Position numbers and translations under genes: made by a program
Notes under the pieces: model-generated
Seen by the model: only the letters and a program-made list of their open reading frames with translations
The model's database searches: none
Told to the model about the DNA's origin: nothing
Assembly: GCF_006345805.1 (NCBI RefSeq)
Contig: NC_043003.1
Span: 15,376,001-15,440,000 of the forward strand
Direction of reading: 5' to 3'
Length of the DNA stretch: 64,000 bases
Source of the DNA: Octopus sinensis
Taxonomy: Eukaryota
Shown here: piece by piece, positions 12,728 through 25,773 of the stretch
How positions within the stretch are numbered: the stretch's first letter is position 1
Layout: the number at the start of each line of letters is the position of its first letter

Positions 12728-13377
12728 ACTGGGCACTTCGCCCCCACTCGTCTCCACGTACATAGACTAGAACAAAATGTTGTTATGAGAAAAAATACTC
12801 TGCAGCCAACGGTTTTTTGCTAAGTAAGATATTTTTGTTCTACCGAAATATATGAGAGTATATTGAATGACAGCAATTTGAATAATGTCGGAAAAAGGAG
12901 GAAGATTTTTACTCTCACACAAGAGAGATTAATAAAACGAATGCATAACAAAAATTTACATCTAGAAACTTGGCCGTAAATTAATATTTTTCATGAATGT
13001 CACGAAAGATTGCAAAACTGGCAAATCCCTTTCAGGAAACAAATAATTAGATCTGGTGCTGCGGTTTTACAAGTATGTCACTTTTAAAGAATTCGGACGA
13101 GGATGTTTATTTTGAGACGGAATCATCTTGCTCCAACATTTAATCAAGTCAATGGATAAAGGTGGAAATGTCCAACGCAGCAGAACACATCTTATCAAAG
13201 TTGTCTTCTAAGATAAGTGTCTCTAATTCACAAACATTATCACTTAATGAATGGGTATTTTCACTTACGTTCTCTTGCTTGATTTAATCTTTGAACAGCG
13301 GCCATGCTGGAATATCCCTTTCAAAGATTTTAGTCAAATAAAATCGACTCCAATAATACTCCTTTTTTACATTTAAT

Positions 13378-13535
13378 ACAATTTCAGCGTGGAAGGTGTT
13401 TGTAAGCCGTTTAAGAAACACACAAAAACTGTTAGATTCACTTCAACATTTAAATTTAATTTGCCAAAATATTTTCGTCGCTTTGTGACCGCGACCTGTT
13501 CAATGGCTTATAAACACCTTCCACGCTGCAATTGT
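13378..13535. mobile_element. Short MITE-like element with ~31-bp terminal inverted repeats
   Basis: ACAATTTCAGCGTGGAAGGTGTTTGTAAGCC paired with GGCTTATAAACACCTTCCACGCTGCAATTGT; no clear TSD. Confidence 0.65.
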
Positions 13536-13684
13536 TTTCGTTCCAGCACACGATCTCAGATCAGGTCACTTGTTATGCAAGTGCATCTCCGTAAATCTTT
13601 TAATACAGTTCTGTATTTAAGAGATGAGGAATTATTTACATTATTTACATTTGACGGATATTCGTCCTCATCTTGTTTGTTGTT

Positions 13685-13730
13685 AACACAACGTTTCGGC
13701 TGATATACCCTCCAGCCTTCATCAGGTGTC
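13685..13730 (-). ncRNA. Minimal type I hammerhead ribozyme, loopless palindromic stem III
   Basis: Reverse complement reads GACAC CTGATGA A GGCTG GAGGGTATAT CAGCC GAAAC GTT GTGTT. Confidence 0.85.
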
Positions 13731-13738
13731 TTGGGGAA

Positions 13739-13804
<66 letters not shown>

Positions 13805-14109
13805 ATTATTATTATTATTATTATTATTGTTCAGCGAGTGGTACTGGATTTGTTGATATCCTTTCCGCACTATACAAAAAAAAAAAAAAGGATCATCGTG
13901 TACAGGCATCGGTTGGAAAGAACTATCACAAGATGGCTGGTCGTAGCCTTCGCTTGTGTGGGACTTGCAATCAGGCGATGGCAATACTCGAATACGAGTT
14001 TGCAGGTATCATATATGTATGTATGTTGGTAGGTAGGCATGTATGTTTGTGTAACAAAACACACCCTCAAATATGTCTCTCCGCGAAGCAAGTCATATTA
14101 TAACGAATG

Positions 14110-14403
14110 TTTGTTCCTTCTCAAACCATGTCTGGCTCATACGGGCCGGCTTTCCGGTTTCATTGGCGTATAGGTCCCCCCCACCTGGACGGGACGCCGC
14201 TCTGTCACAGGTGAGCTGCCAGGTGCAGGTGGAAAGAGTGAGAGAAGGTTATGACGAAAGAGTCAGCAGAACTTCGCTACTACCTTTTGCTGGAGCCGCG
14301 TCGAGCATAGATGTTTCGCTCATAAAGACACATATCGCCCGGCCTGAGATTCGAATCTGCGATCCGAGTTCGCTGCTCTAACCACTAGGCCACGTGCCTC
14401 CAC
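14110..14403 (-). mobile_element. tRNA(Arg)-like SINE, diverged, tail type C
   Basis: Same head and body as 10053 with a different 3' segment. Confidence 0.7.
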
Positions 14404-14429
14404 ATTATAGGGAATACGATTAGTAATAA

Positions 14430-14847
14430 CTAGCAGTATAGCCCGGCGTTGCTCGGGTTTGTTTTTTGTTGCGCTTAAAACGGCAGACTTTGATGTCGCG
14501 TTAACAAAGTTTTGACATAGTTTCAATATTTTTTGAAAAGTAAAAATTTTGCATTATGTAGCTTGTCATTCTCTTTAAGTGAACATTTTTCTGGTTGAAA
14601 TACACCGAAAAATGGTGACACAGCAGTAAAAAATAGGGATTTTCGTAGAAAAAAGCACCTTTTTGATGTAAATAATTTTTGATTTCAACATGGTCCGATT
14701 TGAATTTTTCCTTCTACGGAATGAAGAGCAAACCTTCTATCATACTCTCAGTTTTGGTCAACTTTCGCCGCAGGGTCCGGAGGAGATAATGTAAGCTGAA
14801 GGCTACCAAACCTGCCACAGAGACAACTTCAGCTTTATATGTATAGA
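14430..14847 (-). mobile_element. Non-autonomous Helitron
   Basis: On the minus strand it starts A|TC and ends CTAG|T, with a subterminal hairpin CCCG..CGGG; a second copy lies at 59391. Confidence 0.7.
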
Positions 14848-16091
14848 TTTAAAGAACGAAACAGACTCCATCAGCATATCGAAATTCCAGATTGAACCAG
14901 AAACCTTTAGATATCCATTCGAACACTCCCCCCAACTTGCAGTTTTCCTGTTACCTTAGAATGGCATCATAACATCATAATTGCTCGAAATATATTAAAT
15001 AAGACCGTCTCATTAATATGAAAGTATTTTGCTAAAATATACCAAACAAAATTTCGTTAAATAATAGGTAGAGAGAAAAAACATCATTCTACATTAAACA
15101 ATTCATAATATATGTTTATTTTCTATTATATATTTTACCCCTTTCTTTTATATGTTTTTAATTTAGCTGCAATTTATATGTTTTCACTATAATTTGTATA
15201 AATATATTTACTGTCATTAAAATGAGAATGTTTTGCTAAAATATACCAAACAAAGCACATTAAAAAACAAGCAGAAGAAATTGCCATTCTAAATTAAAAT
15301 GTAATTCAGAATATATTGTTAGTTTGTTTCGTTTTTAGACAATTTTATGCTTTTCTTTTACAAGCTTTAGAATTGTCTGAAATCTATCTATTTACATAAA
15401 TAAATAATAAATAATAGAATAGATTTATTGCAGCTATGACAAATACTCTTCTTAACGCCAAACACTTTATCATGAAACATGTGAGACTTTGTACACTCGT
15501 ATAATAATTCAGTTTGCCAAAGGGACAATACGACAATTAACAAGCAAACGTAATAGAAAATGGGCTGTGCAATTTCGTAGAAATGAAAAGGTAAATTTGA
15601 TACTTCAATTAAAGAGCTACAGTTATTCACACAGCGTGAGGCTCATATCATCTCCAAATATTTTATCTTGAAAAACGTTAAGCTTTTGTACACCCGTGAA
15701 GCAACTCAGCTTGCTAAAAGCACAATGCGACAATTAGCGTGCAAATATGTAATGGAAAGGGGTTATACAATTTAGTGGGAATGAAAAAAACAAGAACATA
15801 TTTCATAAAGGTGTTAATAAAGCAAAAAAAAAAAACAACAAAAAAAAAACAAGCACACAAATAAATAAAAGAAACATGCAATTATCCACACAACGTGAAA
15901 TCCATATCGTCTCCAAGGGCAATTACTGAATTAATGAATTGACATGCCTGTTAGTTCAACCACATACTCTGAAGATATATAAAAGGTGCAAGGTATAGGG
16001 AGAGAGAAGGGGGGCAAAGAAGGGGGAAGAAAAAAAAGGGTGGATAGATGGTGAGAATCAAAAACGGAGAAAGTGAGGGTGAGAGAGAGAG

Positions 16092-16124
<33 letters not shown>

Positions 16125-17959
16125 TCGTTTATTTGTAGACAATTTTGTTGATATATGGCTGACCAATCTGCTGAAAATAGCAGCCAAATTCTTACACATC
16201 ACTCGTTTAAATGGAAAATATACTGAACATTACAATTTCCCCGACACAAATGACACAACTATAATGGAGCACGTTTTATCATAGTTTTTAGACTACAACT
16301 GATCTGGGAATAAGCGATAATACCAATATTTTTCAAAACCAAGAGAAGGCTTCGGCGTGGGCGTACGATCGGCTGGATACAGTAGCCAAATTGTCCTCCA
16401 ACCAAACGGTAACGTTTCTTATTTCTTTATTGCCCTCAAAGGGGGGCTAAACATAAATGGGACAAACAAGGACAGACAAAGGGATTAAGTCGATTACATC
16501 GACCCCAGTGCGTAACTGGTACTTAATTTATCGGCACCTTAAAACATTTTAAGGTTTGGGGTCAGTTTAAAAAACGTCAGGATATGGAAAAAAACCCAAC
16601 AAAGGAAGGACCGACAGATGCAGGCATGGCTGTGTGGTTAAAAAGATCGGTTTACAGCCACGTAGTTTGGTGTTCAGTCATACTGCAAGACAACTTGGGC
16701 AAGTGTCTTCTACTATGATCCCGGGTCCTCCATTGATTGTGAGTGAACTTGGTTGATGGAATCTGTGACGAAGCCCGTCATAGACTAGCTACTTTGACCC
16801 GTGCTTCGCTGTGTTTTGGTGGTGGTGTTGTGTTGTGCGTGCTGTCTCCTTTTCCTTTTCTTCTTTTGTTCGTTTTCTTTGGCTGGTTCCTTTTATTGTC
16901 CTCTTCTTTACCCTCTTTCCAAAATCCCCCAAATTTTTACACCCACAATTAAAGATAACCGCCTCTAGCCCCTGCAGCAACACGAAAAGCCAACATTATT
17001 CAAACAGTGCAACCTGTCTATCCCATAAAACTCAATTTTCCCCATATTCCTCACCATAGCAACCAAACGGTAGCCCCGAGCGACTTGCAACCCTCCTCAC
17101 ACCATTGCCCACCACATTTTACCCCCAGTGTAAATTTTGGTGCCAAACCGTTCCCATCCCCAAATGAGACAAAACATCAAGAAATCAAACAACTTTTTCG
17201 CATTTCAGCTTTATATATATTGATTTATATGTGTGTGAAATGTTTATCCTTCATCACTATTTGACGACCATTACTGATTATTTTTTTCCGTCTGCATAAC
17301 TAGCGGTTCGGCAAAAGTGACCACCAGATTTACAAAGCATTTACTGGGGTGTATTTGTTCGACTGAACCCTTCAAAACTGTGCCCCAGCATGGCCGCTGA
17401 CCAATACCTGAAGTCAGTACAAGATAACTAGCGGTTCGGCAAAAGTGACTGATAGAATAACCACCAGATTTACAAAACAATTACTGGGGTGTATTTGTTC
17501 GACTGAACCCTTCAAAACTGTGCCCCAGCATGGCCGCTGACCAATACCTGAAGTCAGTACAAGATAAAAGATGAAATCGTGAATATAATCCATTATCGTT
17601 TTTTTTAACAAATACATACTTTCCTCAGATAATACATTTTGATTAATGATTAACTCCCGGATTTATTCTACCACGCGCTAAAACACCTACTTATTAATAT
17701 AAAGATCAAAAACATGGGGAAAAGAAAGAATATATTGGGATTATCACAAGACAAGTATTCTTCAATGCGAAATTCAATAATCCAGATCAAATACATTTTC
17801 GGAGATGCAGAAACGAATAAGTCCTTTCGGAAGCTCTCAGTATTTGAATTAAGTACGTCTTAAGATTTCATTCTTAAGAAAAGAAGCTTCGCCGCTACGC
17901 AAGATGTAACTTCAGCATTTCTATTTCTCAAAATATCGAAATAGAATAAAATAAAGTAA

Positions 17960-18275
17960 AATAATAATAATAATAATAATAATGTTGATGATGCTGATGC
18001 TGATGATGGTGATGATGATGACGATGACGATGATGATGATGATGATGATAATAATAATAATGATAATAATAATAATAACAATAATACTGGTAATAATAAT
18101 AATGATAATAATAATAACAATAATACTGGTAATAATAATAATGATAATAATAAAAATTATGATGATGATGATGACGATAATGGTAATAGTAGTAATAATA
18201 ATAATAATAATGATAATAATATGAAGAAGAAGAAGAAGAAGAAGAAGAAGAAGAAGAAGAAGAGAAGAAGAAGAA
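17960..18275. repeat. (TAA)n/(TGA)n/(GAA)n compound triplet array
   Basis: Direct reading. Confidence 0.95.
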
Positions 18276-19102
18276 GAGAATGCATGGTCAATTTCATAGA
18301 GATGTTGAAGATAAGGCAGACAGAGAAAAAGATGGCTGTGGATGAATAAAAGTGATTTAAAACAGGAAACGGAGGCTCTAATCTGTGCTGCCCAAGAGCA
18401 AGCACTAAGAACAAACTACATGAAATACAGAATAGACAACACAGCAGAAAGTGATAACTGCAGAATCCGTGGGCAAAACGGTGAAACCGTATGGCATATT
18501 ACCAGCCAATGTACGCCACTATCCCAGAAGGAATATAAGAGACGCCACGACTATATATCTAGGCTTGTCCATTGAACACTCTGCAACAAGCATGGACTTG
18601 ACAGAGCAAAGAATTGGTACGACCACAAACCTGAAGGCATCGTCGAAAATAGAAATGCAAAGCTCCTATGGGATTTTATGATTCAGTGCGATCATGGGAT
18701 TGAGAATAGGAAGCCGGACATAGTCTTAATTGAGAAAGAAAACAAACTATGCTGGATCATAGATATAGCATGCCCAGCTGACAAGTTATGCGATAAGGAA
18801 GAAAGAAAAGTTGAGAGATATGACAGGTTAGCTTGGGAAGTTAAGTAGTTGTGGTCGAGGAAAAAGGTAGCAGTAGTACCAATAATTGTCGGAGGCCTGG
18901 GAACAGTGAGCAAAAATCTCGAGAAGTACATGGAACAAATAGGGGCTGCAATAAGGGTGGAGCACTTGCAGAAAACAACACTGCTTGAAACCATTCGAAT
19001 ACTCTGGAAGGTGCTCGAAAAATAAGAGGTGTTACCTTAGTTCACTGGTAGTGAGCAGCTGACACCGTGATACATCTCTAGCGTTAGAAGCTGTGCAAAG
19101 GC
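18275..19102 (+). mobile_element. 5'-truncated R4/Dong-like RLE retrotransposon, family A (CCHC plus restriction-like endonuclease pseudogene)
   Basis: MHGQF, AAQEQAL, CRI.G...ETVWHITSQC, YKRRHD, LWDF, KPDIV, IDIACP, PIIVGGLG; ends at (TAA)n. Confidence 0.85.
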
Positions 19103-19159
<57 letters not shown>

Positions 19160-19372
19160 CCTCTCTACTGGAAGTACAAGGCCTCAAATTTAGTGGGAGG
19201 TGACTAGTCGATTGGATCGACCCCAGTGTTTCACTGGTACTTAATTTATCGATCCCGAAAGGATGAAAGGCAAAGTCGACCTTGGCGGAGTTTGGAACTC
19301 AGAACGTAGCGATCGACGAAATGCCACTAAGCACTTTCCCCAGCGTGCTAACGATTCTGCCGACTTGCTACC
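19160..19372 (-). mobile_element. Meta-like SINE monomer
   Basis: Homolog of the 12287 family. Confidence 0.8.
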
Positions 19373-19990
19373 ATCGATGATATTGATGATGATGATGATG
19401 ATAATAATAATAATAATAATAACAGCAGCAGCAACAACAACAACAACAACAACAATAATAATAACAATAATAATAGTTATAATAATAATAGGAGAGTATT
19501 GTAGTTCGCTTGAAGCATTGTGTATTGTTTGTAAAGAATAAAATATTTTGAATGAAACAACAATGCGTTATAATACACACACTGGACTATAGCAACTGCT
19601 GTAATCCAATCATCCATAGTCTGATAGTATTATATTTCGAACAATGGACAACAATCAATGCACACTGACAAACTGTCCCACCCGTGATACTGATTTATGC
19701 CAACGGGTAAATGTTGTGTATAGAATACAATGTAACAAATGCAACAAGTTCTATGTGGGTAGCACAACAAGACCGTTGCGCGTCTGCATCAAAGAACCTC
19801 CGAACACGAGAGCCTCCTTCTTCAGAAAACATCTAGACAGATGCCGGAACACCACAAAAGCATAACAGTCACAATTGAGGCCAATGAAAGAAATTTGGGT
19901 AATTTAAGTATTAAGGAAGCTATACTCATACACAGACTAGGGCTCCAAATTAACAACAGGCTGGAGGTTGGAAATCAATATATTATTCAG

Positions 19991-20210
19991 CGGCGAGCTG
20001 GCAGAAACGTTAGCACGCCGGGCGAAATGCGTAGCCGTATTTCGTCTGCCGTTACGTTCTGAGTTCAAATTCCGCCGTGGTCGACTTTACCCTTCATCCT
20101 TTCGGAGTCGATGAATTAAGTACCAGTTACGCACTGGGGTCGATGTAATCGACTTAATCCATTTGTCTGTCCCTTCTATGTTTATCCCCTTATGGGTAGT
20201 AAAGAAATAA
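19991..20210 (+). mobile_element. Meta-like SINE monomer inserted in a PLE remnant
   Basis: Homolog of the 12287 family. Confidence 0.85.
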
Positions 20211-20513
20211 ATATATTATTCAGCTACATCTGGATGCGTGAAGGTTCAGTTTTGATAACATGCTCATGTATTGTTTATAACAAAAAAAGGGGGGGAAAGG
20301 ATAAAAAAAGGGAAACTGCACGTATAGCACATAACTTAGAAGTAGCGCTAAGGATGTGCCAGCACACACGAGACTGAAACATGGCTGAAGTCACGCACTT
20401 CTCATGAGGGATTCCGGAAGGAACTTCGTGAGACCACTACTGTGACGCTTCCGATAAAACAAAGAAAAGCCGTTGGAAAACCGATTATAGCAGCGACTCC
20501 ATCAATTCCTAGG

Positions 20514-20555
20514 GATATCTGAAGAAGAAGGAATTTTATTCCTTAATATTATATC
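20514..20555 (+). ncRNA. Decayed hammerhead motif with part of the GAAA core deleted
   Basis: GATAT CTGAAGA AG AAGGAA TTTTA TTCCTT AAT ATT ATATC; stems I and II are intact. Confidence 0.5.
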
Positions 20556-20670
20556 AGACTATGGATGACTAAATTACAAGAGTTATTATAGTCCATTGTT
20601 TGTATTATAGTGCATTGTTGTGTCATTCAAAATAGCTTATTATTTACAAATAATAATAATAAAAATAATG

Positions 20671-20726
<56 letters not shown>

Positions 20727-20989
20727 CTAAAAACAGAAACAATTCCTATCATAGTAGGTGCATTAGGCATGATAAAAAAATATTCAGACAAATACATAAC
20801 AAAAACACCAGGACTTACAAACACATATAACATACAGAAAATTGCACTACTAGGCACTGCACACATCCTACGCAGAACACTTTCCATACAATAACCATCA
20901 GAGCATCACAACAAATCACAGCACATACCCAAGGCACACAGAGCTGCGCTCGGTAGTGAAGTGAAAGCACGCTATAAAAAATAAAACTA

Positions 20990-20992
<3 letters not shown>
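20727..20992 (+). mobile_element. Short 3' fragment of R4/Dong-like family B within (TAA)n
   Basis: LKTETIPIIVGALGMI...LLGTAHILRRTLSIQ plus 3' UTR matching 43345-43608; (TAA)n on both sides. Confidence 0.85.
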
Positions 20993-21062
<70 letters not shown>

Positions 21063-21170
21063 GTTTCAAATTGTGCCACAAGGCCAACAATTTTTCGGGG
21101 AAGGCATAAGTCTATGGGATAAGCCAGTTTTGGAGGAAGAGATAAGAAACGAGATAAGCTAGCTCACCGC

Positions 21171-21243
<73 letters not shown>

Positions 21244-21477
21244 TGATGATAATTCTTTCTGAAATATTTGAGGAGGGAGTAAAACGATTACATTGACCAG
21301 TGTTCAACTGGCACTTATTTTATTGACCCTGAAAAGTAAAGTCGACCTCGGCGGAATTTGAGCCCAGAACGGGAAGATGGACGAAATACTGTTAAGCATT
21401 TCCGCCAGCGCGCTAACGATTCTGTCAGCTTGCAGCCTTAATAATAATGAGGATAATAATAATAATAATAATAATAA

Positions 21478-22241
21478 TTCTTTGTACTGGAAGCACAAGG
21501 CCTCAAATTTGGAGGAAGGGATTAAGTCGATTATATCGACCCCAGTGCGTAACTGGTACTTGTTTAATCGACCCCGAAAGGGTGAAAGGCAAAGTCGACC
21601 TCGGCGGAATTTGAACTCAGAACGTAGCGGCAGACGAAATACCTATTTCTTTACTACCCACAAGGGGCTAAACACAGAGAGGACAAACAAGGACAGACGA
21701 ACGGATTAAGTCAATTATAACAACCCCAGTGCGTAACTGGTACTTATTTAATCGACCCCGAAAGGATGAAAGGCAAAGTCGACATCGGCGGAATTTGAAC
21801 TCAGAACGCAGCGGCAGACGAAATACCTATTTCTTTATTACCCACACGAGGCTAAACACAGAGGGGACAAACAAGGACAGACATAGGTATTAAGTCGATT
21901 ACATCGACCCCAGTGCGTAACTGGTACTTATTTAATCGATCCCGAAAGGATGAAAGGTAAAGTCGACATCGGCAGAATTTGAACTCAGAACGCAGCGGCA
22001 GACGAAATACCTATTTCTTTATTACCCACAAGGGGCTAAACACAGAGGGGACAAACAAGGACAGACATAGGTATTAAGTCGATTACATCGACCCCAGTGC
22101 GTAACTGGTACTTATTTAATCGATCCCGAAAGGATGAAAGGTAAAGTCGACCTCGGCAGAATTTGAACTCAGAACGCAGCGGCAGACGAAATACCGCTAA
22201 GCATTTCGGCCGGCGTGCTAACGTTTCTGCCAGCTCGCCGC
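21478..22241 (-). mobile_element. Meta-like SINE with four tandem bodies (184-bp period)
   Basis: GAAATAC recurs at 21636, 21820, 22004 and 22188; monomers flank it at ~21255-21438 and 22283-22489. Confidence 0.9.
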
Positions 22242-22888
22242 TTTAATAATAATGATGATAATAATAATAATAATAATAATAATTCTTTGTACTGGAAGCA
22301 CAAGGCCTCAAATTTGGAGGAAGGGATTAAGTCGATTATATCGACCCCAGTGCGTAACTGGTACTTATTTAATCGAATCCGAAAGGGTGAAAGACAAAGT
22401 CGACCTCGGCGGAATTTGAACTCAGAACTCAGACGAAATACCGCTAAGCATTTCGCCCGACGTGCTACCGATTCTGCCAGTTCGCCGCCTTAATAATAAT
22501 AATCATACAATAAGAGCAAGCAAGATGAGTTTTATAAAAAGTAGATGCTCTAACCATGAGTTTGCAAATGTGAAGTAATCGTCTATTGTTACTGCTTGTG
22601 GGACCACAAGAGCATACGATGAACGTATTAAAATTTTATGAATGACTGGCGAGTGAATGTGTAGTAGTGTTTAGTCTTTTTTAAAAAAATTATTCTTTCT
22701 TCTTTTTTTCGTTTCTCTTATTTAAGAAAAAAAATTCCTGTTCCCCATTTATGATTTCACAGTCCCCTGTGTGAGGTGTCTTCAATTATAACAGGGAAAA
22801 CAGAAAATAAAAAATTGTTAATTAAATATATACCTGTTCGTTGTTTATGCACCTGTCTTCGTCTTTCGTTTTTTTTGTAAAAACCAAC

Positions 22889-22919
<31 letters not shown>

Positions 22920-23424
22920 ATGTAAAGATAGTCATTCATTCCTACATACATACATACATACATACATACATACATACATTGATACATACATACATACATA
23001 CATACATACATACATACATACATACTACATACATACACATATACATACACACGTATATATATACGTACATACACACATGCATACACACATAGGTAAAAAC
23101 ATATACGTTCATATATATGCGCACACTCATAAACACACATTCATAACACACACACACACACACACTCGCAGAATATAGAATATATTGGGTTGTCAAATAA
23201 ATTCCATTGTTTATATGTCTCTACTTGGCACTCCATCGTCATGTGTCTAAATCTGTGATGCAAAAGTTGTAGAGGAAGAATAAATCTATAAAAAAAACCC
23301 TCATAAAACCATAAAACACTACCAGAAAGATATTTTTCCTTTTAATTCAAAAATTAAATAAATGGTGGCCGTGGTGGTGGTGGTGGTGGTGGTGGAGACG
23401 AATGATTTTATCTCAGAAATCTTT

Positions 23425-23589
23425 ACAGGTGCAGGAGTTGCTGTGTGGTAAGAAGTTCGCCTACCAGCCACATGGTTCCGGGTTCAGTCCCACTGCGTGG
23501 CACCTTGGGCAAGTGTCTTCTACTATAGCCTCGGCCCGACCAAAGGCTTGTGAGTGGATTTGGTAGACGGAAATTGAAAGAAGCCCGTC

Positions 23590-23590
<1 letters not shown>
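23425..23590 (+). mobile_element. tRNA/CORE-like SINE, 5' half
   Basis: TGGTAAG..GGTTCAGTCCC head and ACCTTGGGCAAGT motif; ends in (TA)n. Confidence 0.85.
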
Positions 23591-23628
<38 letters not shown>

Positions 23629-23649
23629 ATATATATATGTTTATATATA

Positions 23650-24210
23650 GTTGAAAAAAGATTCTATATAGTTGAAAAAAGATCTATACGAATCAAATTT
23701 TTATATAGAAAAGATAGAAGTGGAAATAGCACAGAAGTAAGTCTAAGACATCTCAATTTAAAAGGAATTTAATAAAAATGATTTTAAAATTATATAAAGA
23801 AAATATTACCGGGTTTCGATGTATTTCATCTTATCAAATATAGTAAAAATTTATAAAAATTTGAAGTAAGAACAGTTTATCGTCTGTCTGGGAGTCGAGT
23901 ACATATTTGGAGAATTTTCGTTGAAGTCCTCTTTAGATATAGTTTGGTGTAGAGTTTAAAGTGTTAGAGAGTGAGGGAAGGGGTGTCTAGGGAGTGGCTA
24001 CAAACATTTGTTGAATGGGTTTTATGTCCATGCGTGTGTGTGTGTGTGTGTGTATTGCGTTGAATGTCCTTTCAATATGTTTGGTAAGTGATTCGCTGTG
24101 AGTTGATGGGGGTGTATGTTGTGAAACATTTCTTGTTGAAAGAATCAGGATTTTTCTTTGGGTTTGATGTATTCTTTTGGGTGTCTCCACCTGTGTGTAT
24201 GTGTGTGTGT

Positions 24211-24245
<35 letters not shown>

Positions 24246-25200
24246 TGAGTACATGTGTGTGGGTGTGTTTGTGCGCGTATGTGAGTGTGTTTATTTACGA
24301 TGTTTTCTTTTGTGTGTATGTGTGTGTATGTATGTGTTTGTGCGTACAGTGTTGTGTGTGTAGGTGTGTATGAGTGTGTTTGTGTTTGTGTGTGTGTTTT
24401 TGTGTAATGTTTTCTTTTTTGTGTATGTGTGTGTGTGTGTGTGCTGGCATACATGAATATTGGAAAAAAGATTTATGAAATGAATGGAAATAATTTTCAA
24501 ATTGACAATAATATGTTTAAAATTGTTTTTAAGTGTCTGTTCTTATCTATTGGTTGTGGTCGGGTCTATATTTAATTGTGGTTTATACTTGTTGATGAAT
24601 TGCCTTTCTTTATCGAGTCTTTGTTGTTGTTTAATGGAATCTGAGCACTTGAAAAGGAGAAATACTTTGAAATTTGGTAAAAAAATTCCTGCACAGGTTG
24701 CAATGTGACTGCTTAAAGGAATTTTTCTTGTGCTTTTGTCTCGGATCTGTTGGCGATGGGTTGTCATTCTGTTGCGTAACGATCCGCCCGGCTGACCTAT
24801 GTAATTATGTTGAAAACCATTGCACGTGATTACGTAGATCAGGTTTTCTGTGTTTCAGGTGCGATTGGACTTTGAAGGTTTGGCCATCTTTAAATTCTGG
24901 TCCCTCAATTAGGTAACTGGAAGTGCCGCAGTTTGTTCTCCCACATTTTGTGACCGTTGCGTTGGGGGTTTCTTTGTGCGTTTTTGCTCCAGTGAGAATG
25001 AGTTGTAGTGTTTTGGGATGGCTTTTGCTTTTGATGATCTGTTGTTTCTCTAAGATTTTCCCCATTTTTTGATCTGTAAAAAAGATGGGGAAGTTTTTGT
25101 CGATATGATCAAATATTTGGGTGTTCCTGGGATTGAAGTTTGACAGGAATGGTAAAACATTTTCCCATCTTTTTTTTTTACCTAAGTTCATTGATATCCA
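23650..25200 (-). mobile_element. Truncated PLE: RT-linker and GIY-YIG remnant (24540-25200), CA-rich 3' region and terminal hammerhead
   Basis: KCGRTNCG, then ENLIYVITCNGFQHNYIGQPGGSLRNRMTTH and KERQFINKYKPQLN, with frameshifts. Confidence 0.8.
23803..23841 (-). ncRNA. Minimal type I hammerhead with a U3:A8 covariant core
   Basis: Reverse complement reads ATAT TTGATAA GATG AAATA CATC GAAAC CCG GTA ATAT. Confidence 0.7.
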
Positions 25201-25371
25201 TTTGTTTCACCTTGTTTGGGTGAAACTACGTAGACATTCCAGAATCCGACTGAAGAAGCAATTGGCAGCGAATGATCCGTGTATCTGGTTTTGTCCTGTT
25301 TACCGTTGTTGTGCTATCGTCCTTTTCCTGCTTATGTTTTACGATTTCTGTTTGTTGGGTTTTTACCTTTG

Positions 25372-25456
<85 letters not shown>

Positions 25457-25466
25457 GCTGTCTGTC

Positions 25467-25609
<143 letters not shown>

Positions 25610-25773
25610 ACGGGTTTCTTTCAGTTTCCGTCTACCAAATCCACTCACGAGGCTTTGGTCAATCCGAGCCTATAGTAGAAGACACTTGACCAAGGTGCCA
25701 CGCAGTGGGACTGAATCCGGAACGAGGAATTTTGGAAGTAAGCTTCTTACCAGACAGCCACACATACACCTGT
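25610..25773 (-). mobile_element. tRNA/CORE-like SINE, 5' half
   Basis: Homolog of 23425. Confidence 0.8.

Larger units (their letters stand above)
19510..20650 (+). mobile_element. Truncated PLE: inverted terminal fragment, GIY-YIG remnant (19630-19970) and 3' region, interrupted by a SINE
   Basis: CTLTNCP..LCQRVNVVYRIQCNKCNKFYVGSTTRPL and LSIKEAILIH..IN; 19510-19630 is a diverged inverted copy of ~20545-20650. Confidence 0.75.

Noticed and set aside
21478-22241. Regular 184-bp repeats as a CRISPR-like array
   Set aside because: Whole units are repeated with no unique spacers; eukaryotic SINE sequence; no cas genes.
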